A stretch of 64,000 nucleotides of DNA from Pseudomonadota bacterium (GTDB lineage: Bacteria; Pseudomonadota; Alphaproteobacteria; Micropepsales; Micropepsaceae): NCBI GenBank assembly GCA_016201105.1, contig JACQDN010000015.1, positions 13,949 through 77,948 on the forward strand, read 5' to 3'. This document shows positions 47,457-59,522 of this stretch, piece by piece. Position numbers and translations under genes: made by a program. Position 1 is the first letter of the stretch; every line of letters begins with the position of its first letter. The notes beneath the pieces are model-generated. The model was given only the letters and a program-made list of their open reading frames with translations. It did no database searches and was not told where the DNA came from.

Positions 47457-50399
47457 CACTCTTTCGTCCGGCTTTACCACCGCGGCAATATCGTGGTGCC
47501 TGGCCATGAATTTCAGAACTTCGTCGGGAGGCAGCGCGGCTGCGAAAAAATACCCTTGCGCGTATTCGCAGCCCAGATCGCGCAACCAGTTGGCATCGGC
47601 TTCGCGCTCCACGCCTTCGACGACAACCGTCCGCTTCAATTCGCGGGTGAGCGAAACGATCGAATTGAGAATGGCGTCGCCATCCGCATCTCCGCCAGGA
47701 GCATCGCGGCGGGCAAGGAAACTCTTGTCGATCTTGACGGTATCGAAAGGCAATTCCCTGAGCTGGCTGAGCGTGGAAAGTCCCGTGCCGAAATCGTCAA
47801 TGGCCAGGCCCACGCCGAGGCCGCGGATCCGCGTGAGGATGCGGCGGACATCGTCGTCGCCGCTGACCGCGCTTTCGGTCAATTCCAGCTTCAAGGAGGC
47901 GGGTGGAATGGCGCTGGCCGCAACGAGTTTCTCAAGCCGCGTGCAGAATTCGTCGTCGCGCAACTGGCGGCGCGAAAGGTTGACGTTGACGAACAGCGGC
48001 GGATCGAGCGGGAAGTAGCGCTGCCAGTTCGCGACATCGCGCAACGCGGTTTCGAGCGCGAATTGGCCCAACACGACGATGAGGCCGGTCTCCTCGCAGT
48101 GGGCGATGAATTCGGTTGGCTCGATGATTCCCTTGGTGGGATGGCGCCAGCGCAGCAAAGCTTCGAAGCCGCCGACGGTCGTGTCGGTCAAGCGGATGAT
48201 CGGCTGATAATAGAGGCTGAGCTGTCCGCTCTCGAAGGCGTGACGCAACTCCGATTCCAAGGCCACGGAGTCTACCGGCGGCGTCGCATCCATGCTCCTG
48301 GAATAGAGTGACGCGCGCGCGCCGCCTTCTTTCTTGGATTGGATCAGCGCCAGTTCGGCGTTCTTGAGCAAATCCAGAGGATCGCGAGCGTCCGCTCCGA
48401 GAGTCACCCCGACGCTCGCCGCCACGAAGATGTTGCGCCCGTCGCGCAAAAACGGCGCGGTGCAGACTTCCACCAATTCCGTGCCGGCGGCGGACGGACT
48501 TCCCTCGCCCTGCGCGAACAAAAGCGCGAAGGCATCGCCTCCAACGCGGAAGATATGAGCTACGCTTCCGAACCGTTTGCCGATCCGTTCCGCAACACCC
48601 GTCAGCACGTCGTCGCCGCCGTCGTCGCCGAGACTGGCGTGAATGGATTTGAAGCGATCGATATCCAGCAGCGCGAATGTGGCGTGCTTCAAGCCATCGC
48701 CCAGCAGCTCCAGCTCTTCCATCAGCGCGACGCGGTTGCCGAGGCCGGTCAATGGATCCTTCAGTGTGCGGTCGACGACGGCGGCCTCGCTCTCCTTGCG
48801 CGTCGTCACATCGGCCATGAGACCAAGACAGCGCGCGGCCTGTGTGCCCTCGCCCATCATCGTCGCGCGCAATTCGAACCAGGGATAGCGTCCGCTTTCG
48901 CTGCGCACGCGGAATTCGATGCGGAAGGCGAGCCCCGGATGGCCGCGATAGTCCAGCAGCGCCGCTTTGTAGACGTCGCGATCGTCTTGATGCACGCGCG
49001 CGATCCAGGAGATATGCGCAATTTCCTGCGCGCCGTCGGTGAAGCCGATCAAGACCGCGGCCTCGGAAGAAAGCTTCACGACATCGCGGCGGAAATCGAG
49101 TTCAAACACCCCTTGATGCGACGCGCCGATCGCCTGCAACGCGGCGGGAATTTCGAGCATCTGGGCGGTTTGTTCGTTCTTCGCCGTCTTCGCCTCGCTC
49201 TGCGGTGTTGCGGACAGCGGCGGCATTGCAATCTGCGCCACACGCAGAGCAGGCACGATGGTGATGCCCTCTCCTGCCGCGATGGAAAGGGCGAGCAGCA
49301 CCGCGCCAGCGGCGGCAAATCCCCCGACGATGGCGGGCGCCATCGGATTGTCTTGAAAGGCGCCAAATGCCGCCAGCGCTGCGGCGGCCGCCACGAGCGC
49401 GAAGACGACCGCGCCGGGCGCGATGACGCGCGCGGCCTGTCTTCCTCTGCGCCCAGTGTCGACAATGAAACCGGCGAGCGCAGCGGCACCGATCACGACA
49501 CCGGTATCGACAACCAGTGTCGCGCCCGGAACGCCGAGGAACGCGAGCAGAGACACCGTCACGATCGCGAGCGTGATCCAGCGTACCCAGCGCCGTCCGC
49601 GCGGCCAGATGGATTCGATAGGCACCACCGTATCGGTCAAACGGAATCCGGCGGCGAGCGCCAATCCCGCCAGCATGGCCGTCAAACCATAAGGCCCGCC
49701 CACCGCCGTTACAGCGTCGTCGAAGATGCCGGTGGAAGAGAGATGTGCGAGGAACGCCGCGCCCAGCACACCTGCGCCCCAACGCGGGGCTGAGTGCCCC
49801 GTCATGATCGCGAGGCCGGCGGTGATGGCGAAAGCGGCGAAGAGAAGTCCGGCGACCGCGGCGACAAAAATAGCGAGCTGACGGTTGTGTTCGACCAGAG
49901 CGGATTCCGTCCACGCCAGAACCGAAGGCCGCTCGTCGGCATTGGCAAGGCGAATGGCGATCGCCACCGACGTCGCCGGCGGAATGATGACGCGATAGAC
50001 GTGACGTCCGTAAGCGCGCGCGCTTTCCACCGCCACGCCCGCTTCCGAACTTGCGACTTGGCGGATAGTGGGCCTGGCGCGCCGCGGGAAGAAGTGCAGC
50101 CCCGAACTCGGCGGCTGATCGGCAATCAGGATGCGCGATGCCGGCCGCACGGAATCGTTCACCGCCGTCATCATGAACCAGGCCGACCCGTCGGCTTCCG
50201 GTCCGGAAGGCGCCTTGTAGGGCAACAAAGTCCTTTTCAGATCGATGACGGCGTCAACGCCTGGGAAGCGCACGGTGTTTCTGTCGGCCGCCGCCGTCGG
50301 CGCCATATAGGGCGCGGCCATGGCTTCCAAGCCGAAAACGCCCGCGAGGCTTGCCAGCGCGGCGAGAAGCAACAGCTTGGAGATGAAGCTTTTTTTCAA
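47430..50399 (-). CDS. periplasmic-domain/7TM - PAS - degenerate GGDEF - EAL signalling protein (probable c-di-GMP phosphodiesterase)
   Basis: 989 aa. It has a signal peptide, about 7 TM helices and a PAS-like segment. The GGDEF position reads RVGGDAFALL. EAL domain motifs are intact (FEALLRW, ELTES, DDFGTG, KIDKSF, EGVE, QGYFF). Confidence 0.9.
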   Translation of the reverse strand: MKKSFISKLLLLAALASLAGVFGLEAMAAPYMAPTAAADRNTVRFPGVDAVIDLKRTLLPYKAPSGPEADGSAWFMMTAVNDSVRPASRILIADQPPSSGLHFFPRRARPTIRQVASSEAGVAVESARAYGRHVYRVIIPPATSVAIAIRLANADERPSVLAWTESALVEHNRQLAIFVAAVAGLLFAAFAITAGLAIMTGHSAPRWGAGVLGAAFLAHLSSTGIFDDAVTAVGGPYGLTAMLAGLALAAGFRLTDTVVPIESIWPRGRRWVRWITLAIVTVSLLAFLGVPGATLVVDTGVVIGAAALAGFIVDTGRRGRQAARVIAPGAVVFALVAAAAALAAFGAFQDNPMAPAIVGGFAAAGAVLLALSIAAGEGITIVPALRVAQIAMPPLSATPQSEAKTAKNEQTAQMLEIPAALQAIGASHQGVFELDFRRDVVKLSSEAAVLIGFTDGAQEIAHISWIARVHQDDRDVYKAALLDYRGHPGLAFRIEFRVRSESGRYPWFELRATMMGEGTQAARCLGLMADVTTRKESEAAVVDRTLKDPLTGLGNRVALMEELELLGDGLKHATFALLDIDRFKSIHASLGDDGGDDVLTGVAERIGKRFGSVAHIFRVGGDAFALLFAQGEGSPSAAGTELVEVCTAPFLRDGRNIFVAASVGVTLGADARDPLDLLKNAELALIQSKKEGGARASLYSRSMDATPPVDSVALESELRHAFESGQLSLYYQPIIRLTDTTVGGFEALLRWRHPTKGIIEPTEFIAHCEETGLIVVLGQFALETALRDVANWQRYFPLDPPLFVNVNLSRRQLRDDEFCTRLEKLVAASAIPPASLKLELTESAVSGDDDVRRILTRIRGLGVGLAIDDFGTGLSTLSQLRELPFDTVKIDKSFLARRDAPGGDADGDAILNSIVSLTRELKRTVVVEGVEREADANWLRDLGCEYAQGYFFAAALPPDEVLKFMARHHDIAAVVKPDERVSGASGVGG

Positions 50400-50428
50400 A
50401 CGAACGACGATCTGATTTGAAAGGCCGG

Positions 50429-51037
50429 CTAACCTAGCTGCGCTTCGTCTTCGAGCAAAGCGAATAGCACGTGGTCCTGCCAGTCCCCGGCGATCTGCAG
50501 GTAGCGGCGCGCCAGACCTTCCTGGCGGAACCCGGCTTTGCTCAGGAGATTCTTCGAGGGTTCGTTAGACGGCAAACAGGCCGCTTCAATGCGGTGCAAT
50601 CCGAGCGTCTTGAAGATGAACGGAATGAGCGCCTTGACCGCGTCATGCATGTAACCCTGACGCGCGAACTTCTCGCCGATCCAGTAACCGAGCGCGCAGC
50701 ATTGGGTCACGCCGCGGCGGACATTGGACAATGTGCAGCCGCCCAGAAGTGCATCGTCTTCGCTGCGAAATACGAAGAAAGCATAGGCGGAATCGAGCCG
50801 GGCCTCGCGCTGATAGCGCTTGAGGCGGCGGCGGAACGCGCCCTTCGTCAACTCATCAGTGGCCCAGGAAGGCTCCCAAGGCGACAGGAACGCCTTGCTT
50901 TCGCCGCGCAACCGCGACCAGGCGGCGTAGTCAATCACACGCGGATAGCGCAAATAGACGCCGTCACCCTTGATCACCGGCTGCTGACCGCCGGGGAATG
51001 TAAGGCCGCGCATGAAGGCCATGGGGCCAGTGTTCAT
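50429..51037 (-). CDS. GNAT family N-acetyltransferase (RimJ/RimL-like)
   Basis: 202 aa. CALGYWIGEKFARQGYMHDAVKALIPFIF...LHRIEAACLPSNEPS. Confidence 0.85.
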   Translation of the reverse strand: MNTGPMAFMRGLTFPGGQQPVIKGDGVYLRYPRVIDYAAWSRLRGESKAFLSPWEPSWATDELTKGAFRRRLKRYQREARLDSAYAFFVFRSEDDALLGGCTLSNVRRGVTQCCALGYWIGEKFARQGYMHDAVKALIPFIFKTLGLHRIEAACLPSNEPSKNLLSKAGFRQEGLARRYLQIAGDWQDHVLFALLEDEAQLG

Positions 51038-52332
51038 TCGGCAGCACTACGGGCGGAGCCCGTTCCTGAGCCTTGGCCAAATCGGTTAGCAAACCGCTCA
51101 TAGCTTTCGACATGCGAAAGCGGGCCGATGGCCGCCAACGAAGGCTGCTGCGTCTTCATCAGGCGCTCGCCGAATTTGCGCACACTAGTGGTATCGACAG
51201 CGTCAAGCTTTTCCAGAAGCTCTTCGACCGAAAGCACGCGGTCGAAGGTGAACATCTGCGCCGCAATCTGCTCGGCGCGTGTCGCCGGACGTTCAAGCCC
51301 CATGAGCAGTCCCGATTTCATCTGGGCCTTGGCGCGCGCGATTTCCTTGTCGCTGGCGCCGCTCGCCATGCCGGCCATTTCGCCGGCGATCACGGCGGTC
51401 ACTTCGGCTGCTTCCTTCTCGCCCGTGCCGGTGTAAATGCCGATGAAGCCGCTGTCGGCCAGCGATTGGGAGAAGGCGTAAATGGAATAGCAAAGACCGC
51501 GCTTCTCGCGCGCTTCCTGAAAGAGGCGCGACGACATTCCGCCGCCGAGAGCCGTCACATAAACCTGCGCCGTATAGAAATCGGGATCGTTGCTGGCGAC
51601 ACCGGGAAACGCGCAGGTGAGATGCACTTGTTCCAATTCGTCGCTGCGGCGCATGTCCCCACCGTGATAGCGCGCCGGATTTGGCGTGTTGGCTTTGCCG
51701 CTCGTCAGACTTGCGAACTTGGCCTCGGCGAGTTTCACCACGTCGCCATGCTTCACCGCACCGGACGCCACCAGAATCATCGAACCCGCGCGATAGTTCG
51801 CGCCCATGTATGTCCTGAGATCTTCGCGCGAGAACCGCGACACCGTTTCTTCGACGCCGAGGATCGGCCACCCCATCGGCTGCTCGGGATAGACGACTGA
51901 CTGCAGATGATCGAACACGATGTCGTCCGGCGTGTCGCGCGCCTGGCCGATTTCCTGCAGCACGACTTGGCGCTCGCGCTCGAGTTCGCCCTGTTCGAAA
52001 GTAGGATGGGTGAGGATATCGCCGAGAATGTCGATGCCGAGCGGCACGTCGTTCTTCAACGTGCGCACATGGAAGGCCGTCTGTTCTCGGCTGGTGTAGG
52101 CATTCAGATAAGCGCCAACCGCTTCGATCTCTTCGGCGATATCGCGCGCGCTGCGGCTGTCAGTGCCTTTGAACGCCATGTGTTCCAGCATGTGCGAGAC
52201 GCCCATCACGGGCTTGGTCTCATTGCGGGCGCCGCAATTGACCCAGACTCCCAAGGCTGCCGTCTCCAGCTGGGGCATGGGGTCGCTGATAACCGTCAAC
52301 CCGTTGGAAAGTCTTGCGATTTCGACCTGCAT
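51034..52332 (-). CDS. M16 family (pitrilysin/MPP-like) zinc peptidase
   Basis: 432 aa. Inverted zinc motif HMLEH (GVSHMLEHMAFKGT). Confidence 0.9.
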   Translation of the reverse strand: MQVEIARLSNGLTVISDPMPQLETAALGVWVNCGARNETKPVMGVSHMLEHMAFKGTDSRSARDIAEEIEAVGAYLNAYTSREQTAFHVRTLKNDVPLGIDILGDILTHPTFEQGELERERQVVLQEIGQARDTPDDIVFDHLQSVVYPEQPMGWPILGVEETVSRFSREDLRTYMGANYRAGSMILVASGAVKHGDVVKLAEAKFASLTSGKANTPNPARYHGGDMRRSDELEQVHLTCAFPGVASNDPDFYTAQVYVTALGGGMSSRLFQEAREKRGLCYSIYAFSQSLADSGFIGIYTGTGEKEAAEVTAVIAGEMAGMASGASDKEIARAKAQMKSGLLMGLERPATRAEQIAAQMFTFDRVLSVEELLEKLDAVDTTSVRKFGERLMKTQQPSLAAIGPLSHVESYERFANRFGQGSGTGSARSAAE

Positions 52333-53709
52333 CTAACCTAATCTATCCTCGATGAAGCGCCGGATCGAAGCCTTGTCGACCGGCAAAACGCTCACCCGCT
52401 CGGCCCTCTCATAGAGGTCCGCGAGCCGTGGCGGCAAGGGCGGCGAAATTCCCGCCGCCTTGCTCACGGCAGCGGGGAATTTGGCGGGATGGGCGGTGGA
52501 GAGAATGGCCGTCCACCCGCCCTGTTCCCGTTTGCGGCTGGCCGCCAGCGCGACGGCGGTGTGAGGATCGATCAGCACGCGTTGCGACTTGTAGAAGTCG
52601 GCAATGGTTTGCAGCGTTTCCTCATCGCTTACGCGTATCGCTTCGTAACGCGCGCGCAAATTCGACAGAACAACAGGGGGAAGAACCAGCGAGCGCGTCT
52701 TGGCGAATTGCGCCATGGCATTGCCAAGCCAGGCGCTGTTGCGCGCCGAGGCTTCGAACAAAGCGCGCTCGAAATTGCTGGCGACCTGGATATCCATGGA
52801 CGGACTGAGCGTTTGGCGGACTTCGCCCCGCGAGTAGAGGCCTGTGTGCAGCGCGCGGGCGACGATGTCGTTTTCGTTCGTCGCGACCACCAGCTTCTCG
52901 ATTTGCAAGCCCATCCGCATGGCCGCTTCGCCCGCAAACACATCGCCGAAATTTCCCGTGGGAACGACGAAGGTTGGCGGCAAACCAAGCTTGGCGGCGG
53001 CGACAAAGTAGTAGACGGATTGCGCGAGGATGCGCGCGAAGTTGATCGAATTCACCGCGACGAGACCGGCGCGTTCGACGAAATCGATCTCTGCGAACAA
53101 ATCCTTCACGACGGCCTGGGCGTCGTCGAACGTCCCTTCGACGGCAATGTTGTGAACGTTGGCGTGGGGCGACGTCGTCATCTGGCGGCGCTGCACATCG
53201 CTCACCCGCCCTTTGGGATGCAGAACGAAGACCTCGACATTCGCCAGTCCGCCGAACGCGGCAATAGCCGCTGAGCCTGTATCGCCGGAGGTAGCGGCGA
53301 GGATTGTCGCGCGGCCTCCGCGCTTGGCAAGCGCTCTGGCGGACAAGCGGCCGATGAGCTGCATTGCGATGTCTTTGAAGGCGAGCGTGGGACCGTGAAA
53401 CAGCTCCAGCAGCCATTGGTCCGGTGCGATTTGCTGGAGAGGGACCACGCCGGGCGCATCGAAGAGCTTGTAGGCCGCGTCGATATCGGCCCTGAGTTCG
53501 CTTTCGGAAAACGAATCGCCGACGAACCGTTTTACGATCGCATGCGCGACCGCGGTGTAAGGCGAGTTGGCAAACCCCGCGATCTCTTGGGCCGCAATCT
53601 GCGGCCAGGTTTCAGGCATGTAGAGGCCGCCATCCGGCGCGAGACCGGACAGCAGGATCTCGGCGAAGGATCGCGGTGGCGAGTTTCCGCGCGTGCTGAT
53701 GTAACGCAT
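52333..53709 (-). CDS. thrC: threonine synthase
   Basis: 458 aa. MRYISTRGNSPPRSFAEILLSGLAPDGGLYMP, with the PLP-Lys region TLAFKDIAMQ. Confidence 0.95.
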   Translation of the reverse strand: MRYISTRGNSPPRSFAEILLSGLAPDGGLYMPETWPQIAAQEIAGFANSPYTAVAHAIVKRFVGDSFSESELRADIDAAYKLFDAPGVVPLQQIAPDQWLLELFHGPTLAFKDIAMQLIGRLSARALAKRGGRATILAATSGDTGSAAIAAFGGLANVEVFVLHPKGRVSDVQRRQMTTSPHANVHNIAVEGTFDDAQAVVKDLFAEIDFVERAGLVAVNSINFARILAQSVYYFVAAAKLGLPPTFVVPTGNFGDVFAGEAAMRMGLQIEKLVVATNENDIVARALHTGLYSRGEVRQTLSPSMDIQVASNFERALFEASARNSAWLGNAMAQFAKTRSLVLPPVVLSNLRARYEAIRVSDEETLQTIADFYKSQRVLIDPHTAVALAASRKREQGGWTAILSTAHPAKFPAAVSKAAGISPPLPPRLADLYERAERVSVLPVDKASIRRFIEDRLG

Positions 53710-53745
53710 CGATATTGCTACGGCGTTGGAGGATTGAAACTCAGT

Positions 53746-54465
53746 CTAGCGGAATTTGAGCCGCCCGTGCGAGCGGTGATAGGCAAGATAAACCCCCAGC
53801 AGCGCCGCCGCGAGCGCGAACCAGGTGATGGCGTACTGCAAATGCTCGTTGCGGAATTGGATGACGGTCTGCCCGCCCCTCGGCCAACCGCCGGGGTTGG
53901 GGGTCGCGTCCGCCTCGACGATCACCGGTGCCGCCAACACCACGGAATCGGCTTTCGCGATTGTCCTCACGTCGCGCGAATACCACACGTGCTTTGTCGT
54001 ATCGGGCTGAGGCGTGAACATCCCCGCGGCATCGGGGGTGCGCCACACGCCGATGACGCGATGTTCGCCTTGCGGCAATCCGGCGGTGCGTGATTTCGGA
54101 TCGCGTAGCGTGAGTGGGATGGTGCCTCGATCGATCATCAGCGCACGCCCGTCCGCCAGGATCAGCGGCGTCACCACGTGATAGACCGGCGCGCCCTGAT
54201 CACCGGTCGTGAAGATGTAGGCTTCTTTGGCGTTGTCGAAGCGCCCAGTAACGGCGACGCGATGATATTGTACCATCTCCGCCCCCAGCGCGAGCGCCTG
54301 ATCGAGCGAAAGCGCAGGAGCCGACACATTGGCATTCGCTTCGGCAATCAGCGCGCGCTTCCACTGCAAGCGCTCGAGCTGCCACACGCCCAGCGTGATG
54401 AGAATCGCGAAAGCGATGACGGTCACAATCGTCAGTCTGGGCAACGGGCGGAATTCAATTGCCAT
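53746..54465 (-). CDS. SURF1 family cytochrome oxidase biogenesis protein
   Basis: 239 aa. ILITLGVWQLERLQWKRALI at the N-terminus and a C-terminal TM segment. Confidence 0.88.
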   Translation of the reverse strand: MAIEFRPLPRLTIVTVIAFAILITLGVWQLERLQWKRALIAEANANVSAPALSLDQALALGAEMVQYHRVAVTGRFDNAKEAYIFTTGDQGAPVYHVVTPLILADGRALMIDRGTIPLTLRDPKSRTAGLPQGEHRVIGVWRTPDAAGMFTPQPDTTKHVWYSRDVRTIAKADSVVLAAPVIVEADATPNPGGWPRGGQTVIQFRNEHLQYAITWFALAAALLGVYLAYHRSHGRLKFR

Positions 54466-54470
54466 GAATA

Positions 54471-54836
54471 TTATTCGGCCAATCGCCCCTCACCGGCGCG
54501 ATGCTTGTATTGCTGCACCAACAGCCCTGCTTTGATGAGCCGCAGGAAGGTCAGGGTCAGAACGATGATGAGCGGCGCCCACAAGATCAGGTGAACCCAG
54601 AACGGCGGGTGAAAGGTAAACTCCACCCACAATGCCGCCCCGGCGACAATGGCTCCGACGACGAGAATGACGAGCGCCGCCGCTCCGTCGCCTACGTCGA
54701 AAGCGGAAAAATCCTGGCCGCAAGCCGTGCAGCGCGGCGCGATGTTGAGATAGCCGTTGAACAGCGGCCCCTGCCCGCAACTGGGACAGCGCCCGAGGAC
54801 GGCGCAGCGAAGCGTATTCTGTTCGACCAGCGCCAT
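54471..54836 (-). CDS. DUF983 domain protein (zinc-ribbon plus 2 TM)
   Basis: Trimmed to ATG 54836. CPSCGQGPLFNGYLNIAPRCTACGQDF followed by two TM helices. The longer track ORF runs antisense into ctaE. Confidence 0.8.
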   Translation of the reverse strand: MALVEQNTLRCAVLGRCPSCGQGPLFNGYLNIAPRCTACGQDFSAFDVGDGAAALVILVVGAIVAGAALWVEFTFHPPFWVHLILWAPLIIVLTLTFLRLIKAGLLVQQYKHRAGEGRLAE

Positions 54837-54853
54837 CTTTTCGATTTGAGCCT

Positions 54854-55765
54854 TCAGCTTGTCACGGCCGCGGCACCCCAGACATAGATGCAGGAGAACA
54901 GGAACAGCCACACCACGTCGACGAAGTGCCAGTACCAGGCGGCCGCTTCGAAGCCGAAGTGACGGGTCGGCGTGAACTGTCCGGCAATCGCGCGTCCCAG
55001 GCACACAGTCAGGAAGATCGTGCCGATGATGACGTGCAGGCCGTGAAAGCCCGTCGCCATGAAGAAGGTCGAGCCGTAGATGGCGCCGAAATTGCCGACG
55101 CCGCGGGCAAGATCGATATGGGCGGGATCGGTGAACGGCGCCAGCGCCGCGCCGTTGAAGCCGAAGGTGAACGGCGCGTGCGCATATTCGTAGGCCTGGA
55201 TACTGGTGAACGAGAGGCCGAGCAGCACGGTGAGCACGAGGCCCTGGATCGCGCCCTTGCGATCGCCGTGCTGGATGGCGTGGTGCGCCCACGTTACCGT
55301 CGTGCCGGAGGTGAGCAGGATCAGCGTGTTAAGCAGCGGGAAATGCCAGGGGTCGAGCGTGATGATGCCTTGCGGCGGCCAGGTGGCGATGGATACGTCG
55401 TTGTGGAACAACGCCGTGTTGAAATAAGCCCAGAACCAGCCGAGGAAGAACATCACTTCGGAAGCGATGAAGAGCACCATGCCGTAGCGCAGGCCCAGCT
55501 TCACCACCGGCTTGTGGTCGCCGCGCACGACGGATTCTCTGGCCACGTCGCGCCACCAGGACGCCATCGTGTAAAGCAGAAGCGTGAGGCCGCCCGCGAA
55601 AATCCAGGGCTGGCCGTTCACCGGCAGACCGAAGAAGCCGGTGTAGTCTCTGTTCATCCAAAACACGGCGCCGATCAGCATCGTGAAGACGGCGATGGAA
55701 CCGACGATCGGCCATGGGCTCGGATCGACGAGATGATAGTCGTGCTTCACTTCGCTATGCGCCAT
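54854..55765 (-). CDS. ctaE: cytochrome c oxidase subunit III
   Basis: 303 aa. [16 protein letters not shown]...[12 protein letters not shown]...[14 protein letters not shown]. Confidence 0.95.
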   Translation of the reverse strand: MAHSEVKHDYHLVDPSPWPIVGSIAVFTMLIGAVFWMNRDYTGFFGLPVNGQPWIFAGGLTLLLYTMASWWRDVARESVVRGDHKPVVKLGLRYGMVLFIASEVMFFLGWFWAYFNTALFHNDVSIATWPPQGIITLDPWHFPLLNTLILLTSGTTVTWAHHAIQHGDRKGAIQGLVLTVLLGLSFTSIQAYEYAHAPFTFGFNGAALAPFTDPAHIDLARGVGNFGAIYGSTFFMATGFHGLHVIIGTIFLTVCLGRAIAGQFTPTRHFGFEAAAWYWHFVDVVWLFLFSCIYVWGAAAVTS

Positions 55766-55790
55766 GACCTTGACCCTTTTGCCGTTGCGC

Positions 55791-55925
55791 TCAGCCGCCG
55801 AAGCGGAGCTTGAGCTTCACGATCGTCATCACAAAAAACAACGCCACAAACCCGATGAGCACCAAGGCGATGGCGATGTTGCGCTTGCGCCTCTCGCGTG
55901 CCCCTTGGTCCTGCTCGCCATCCAT
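55791..55925 (-). CDS. 44-aa single-TM protein between ctaB and ctaE (not on the ORF track)
   Basis: Hand translation gives [44 protein letters not shown]. It has a charged N-terminus and one hydrophobic helix. It is packed 4 nt after ctaB and 25 nt before ctaE. Confidence 0.55.
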   Translation of the reverse strand: MDGEQDQGARERRKRNIAIALVLIGFVALFFVMTIVKLKLRFGG

Positions 55926-55929
55926 CGCC

Positions 55930-56856
55930 TCATATCCAAGAGGCCAGCGGTTGAAGGCCGAGCAGATGTTCGGCGATCAGCGTGGCGAACAGAACGAAGA
56001 GATAGAGAAGAGAGATCTTGAAGAGGTTTCGCGCCGCAGGCTCGCGTACGTCGTCCGTCTCGCGCAGAACCGCGGCAGCGCCGACGAGAAACAGCGCGCC
56101 AAAGACGCAGGCAACCGTCGCGTAGAGCGCTCCACCGATGCCGGCGAAGGCGGGCGCGATGCCGGCCGGAACCAGCAGCAGCGAGTAGAGGAAGATTTGC
56201 CGACGCGTGGAGGTCTTGCCGCTCACCACCGGCAGCATGGGCACGCCGGCGCGTGCGTAGTCGTCGGAGCGAAACAGCGCCAGCGCCCAGAAGTGCGGCG
56301 GCGTCCACAGAAAGGTGATCAGCACCAAAAGCAGCGGGGCAATCGAAAGATCGCCGGTCACCGCGGCCCAGCCGATGGCGGGCGGCAACGCGCCCGAAAG
56401 CCCGCCGATCACGATATTCTGTGCCGTGCGGCGCTTCAGCCAAAGCGTGTAGACACCGACATAGAAAAAGATCGTGAAGGCGAGCAGCGCGGCCGCCACG
56501 AAGTTCACGAACAATCCCATCACCGTGACGGACGCCCCCGAAAGCGCCCAGCCGAAAAAGAGCGCCTCTTGGCGCGCGATGCGGCCCACCGGGATAGGGC
56601 GCGAGGCCGTACGCGACATCAAAGCGTCGATGTCGGCGTCGTAGGCCATGTTGAGCGCGCCGGAAGCGCCGGCGGCAACCGCGATACACAGCAGCGCCGT
56701 AAACGCGATCATCGGGTGCACTTCGCCGGGCGCAACAACGATCCCGGCGAGTCCGGTGAACACGACGAGCGACATCACTCGCGGCTTGAGCAACGCGATG
56801 AAGTCGCCGACGGACGCGGCGCGTTGAGAAATGTCGAATGTCGCTACCGCGGCCAT
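55930..56856 (-). CDS. ctaB: heme o synthase (protoheme IX farnesyltransferase)
   Basis: 308 aa polytopic UbiA-family protein. [13 protein letters not shown]...[19 protein letters not shown]. Confidence 0.93.
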   Translation of the reverse strand: MAAVATFDISQRAASVGDFIALLKPRVMSLVVFTGLAGIVVAPGEVHPMIAFTALLCIAVAAGASGALNMAYDADIDALMSRTASRPIPVGRIARQEALFFGWALSGASVTVMGLFVNFVAAALLAFTIFFYVGVYTLWLKRRTAQNIVIGGLSGALPPAIGWAAVTGDLSIAPLLLVLITFLWTPPHFWALALFRSDDYARAGVPMLPVVSGKTSTRRQIFLYSLLLVPAGIAPAFAGIGGALYATVACVFGALFLVGAAAVLRETDDVREPAARNLFKISLLYLFVLFATLIAEHLLGLQPLASWI

Positions 56857-56863
56857 GGTGGGC

Positions 56864-59325
<2,462 letters not shown>

Positions 59326-59522
59326 CCGGCGACCTCGCAAAGGTTCAGCGGGGCACCCGTCGGGCCCCGCTTCCCGAAAGACTCTGACGTGGGTGTACGC
59401 GCCGCAACCCTATGAAGTCATTGCGACCTTATGCCACGCGACTATACGAGAGGCGCTTGCGCGGCCATGTGAATTTGTTGTCGCAGCGCTTATCTTCACG
59501 CGGTGCATTGGAGGCTTCGATC

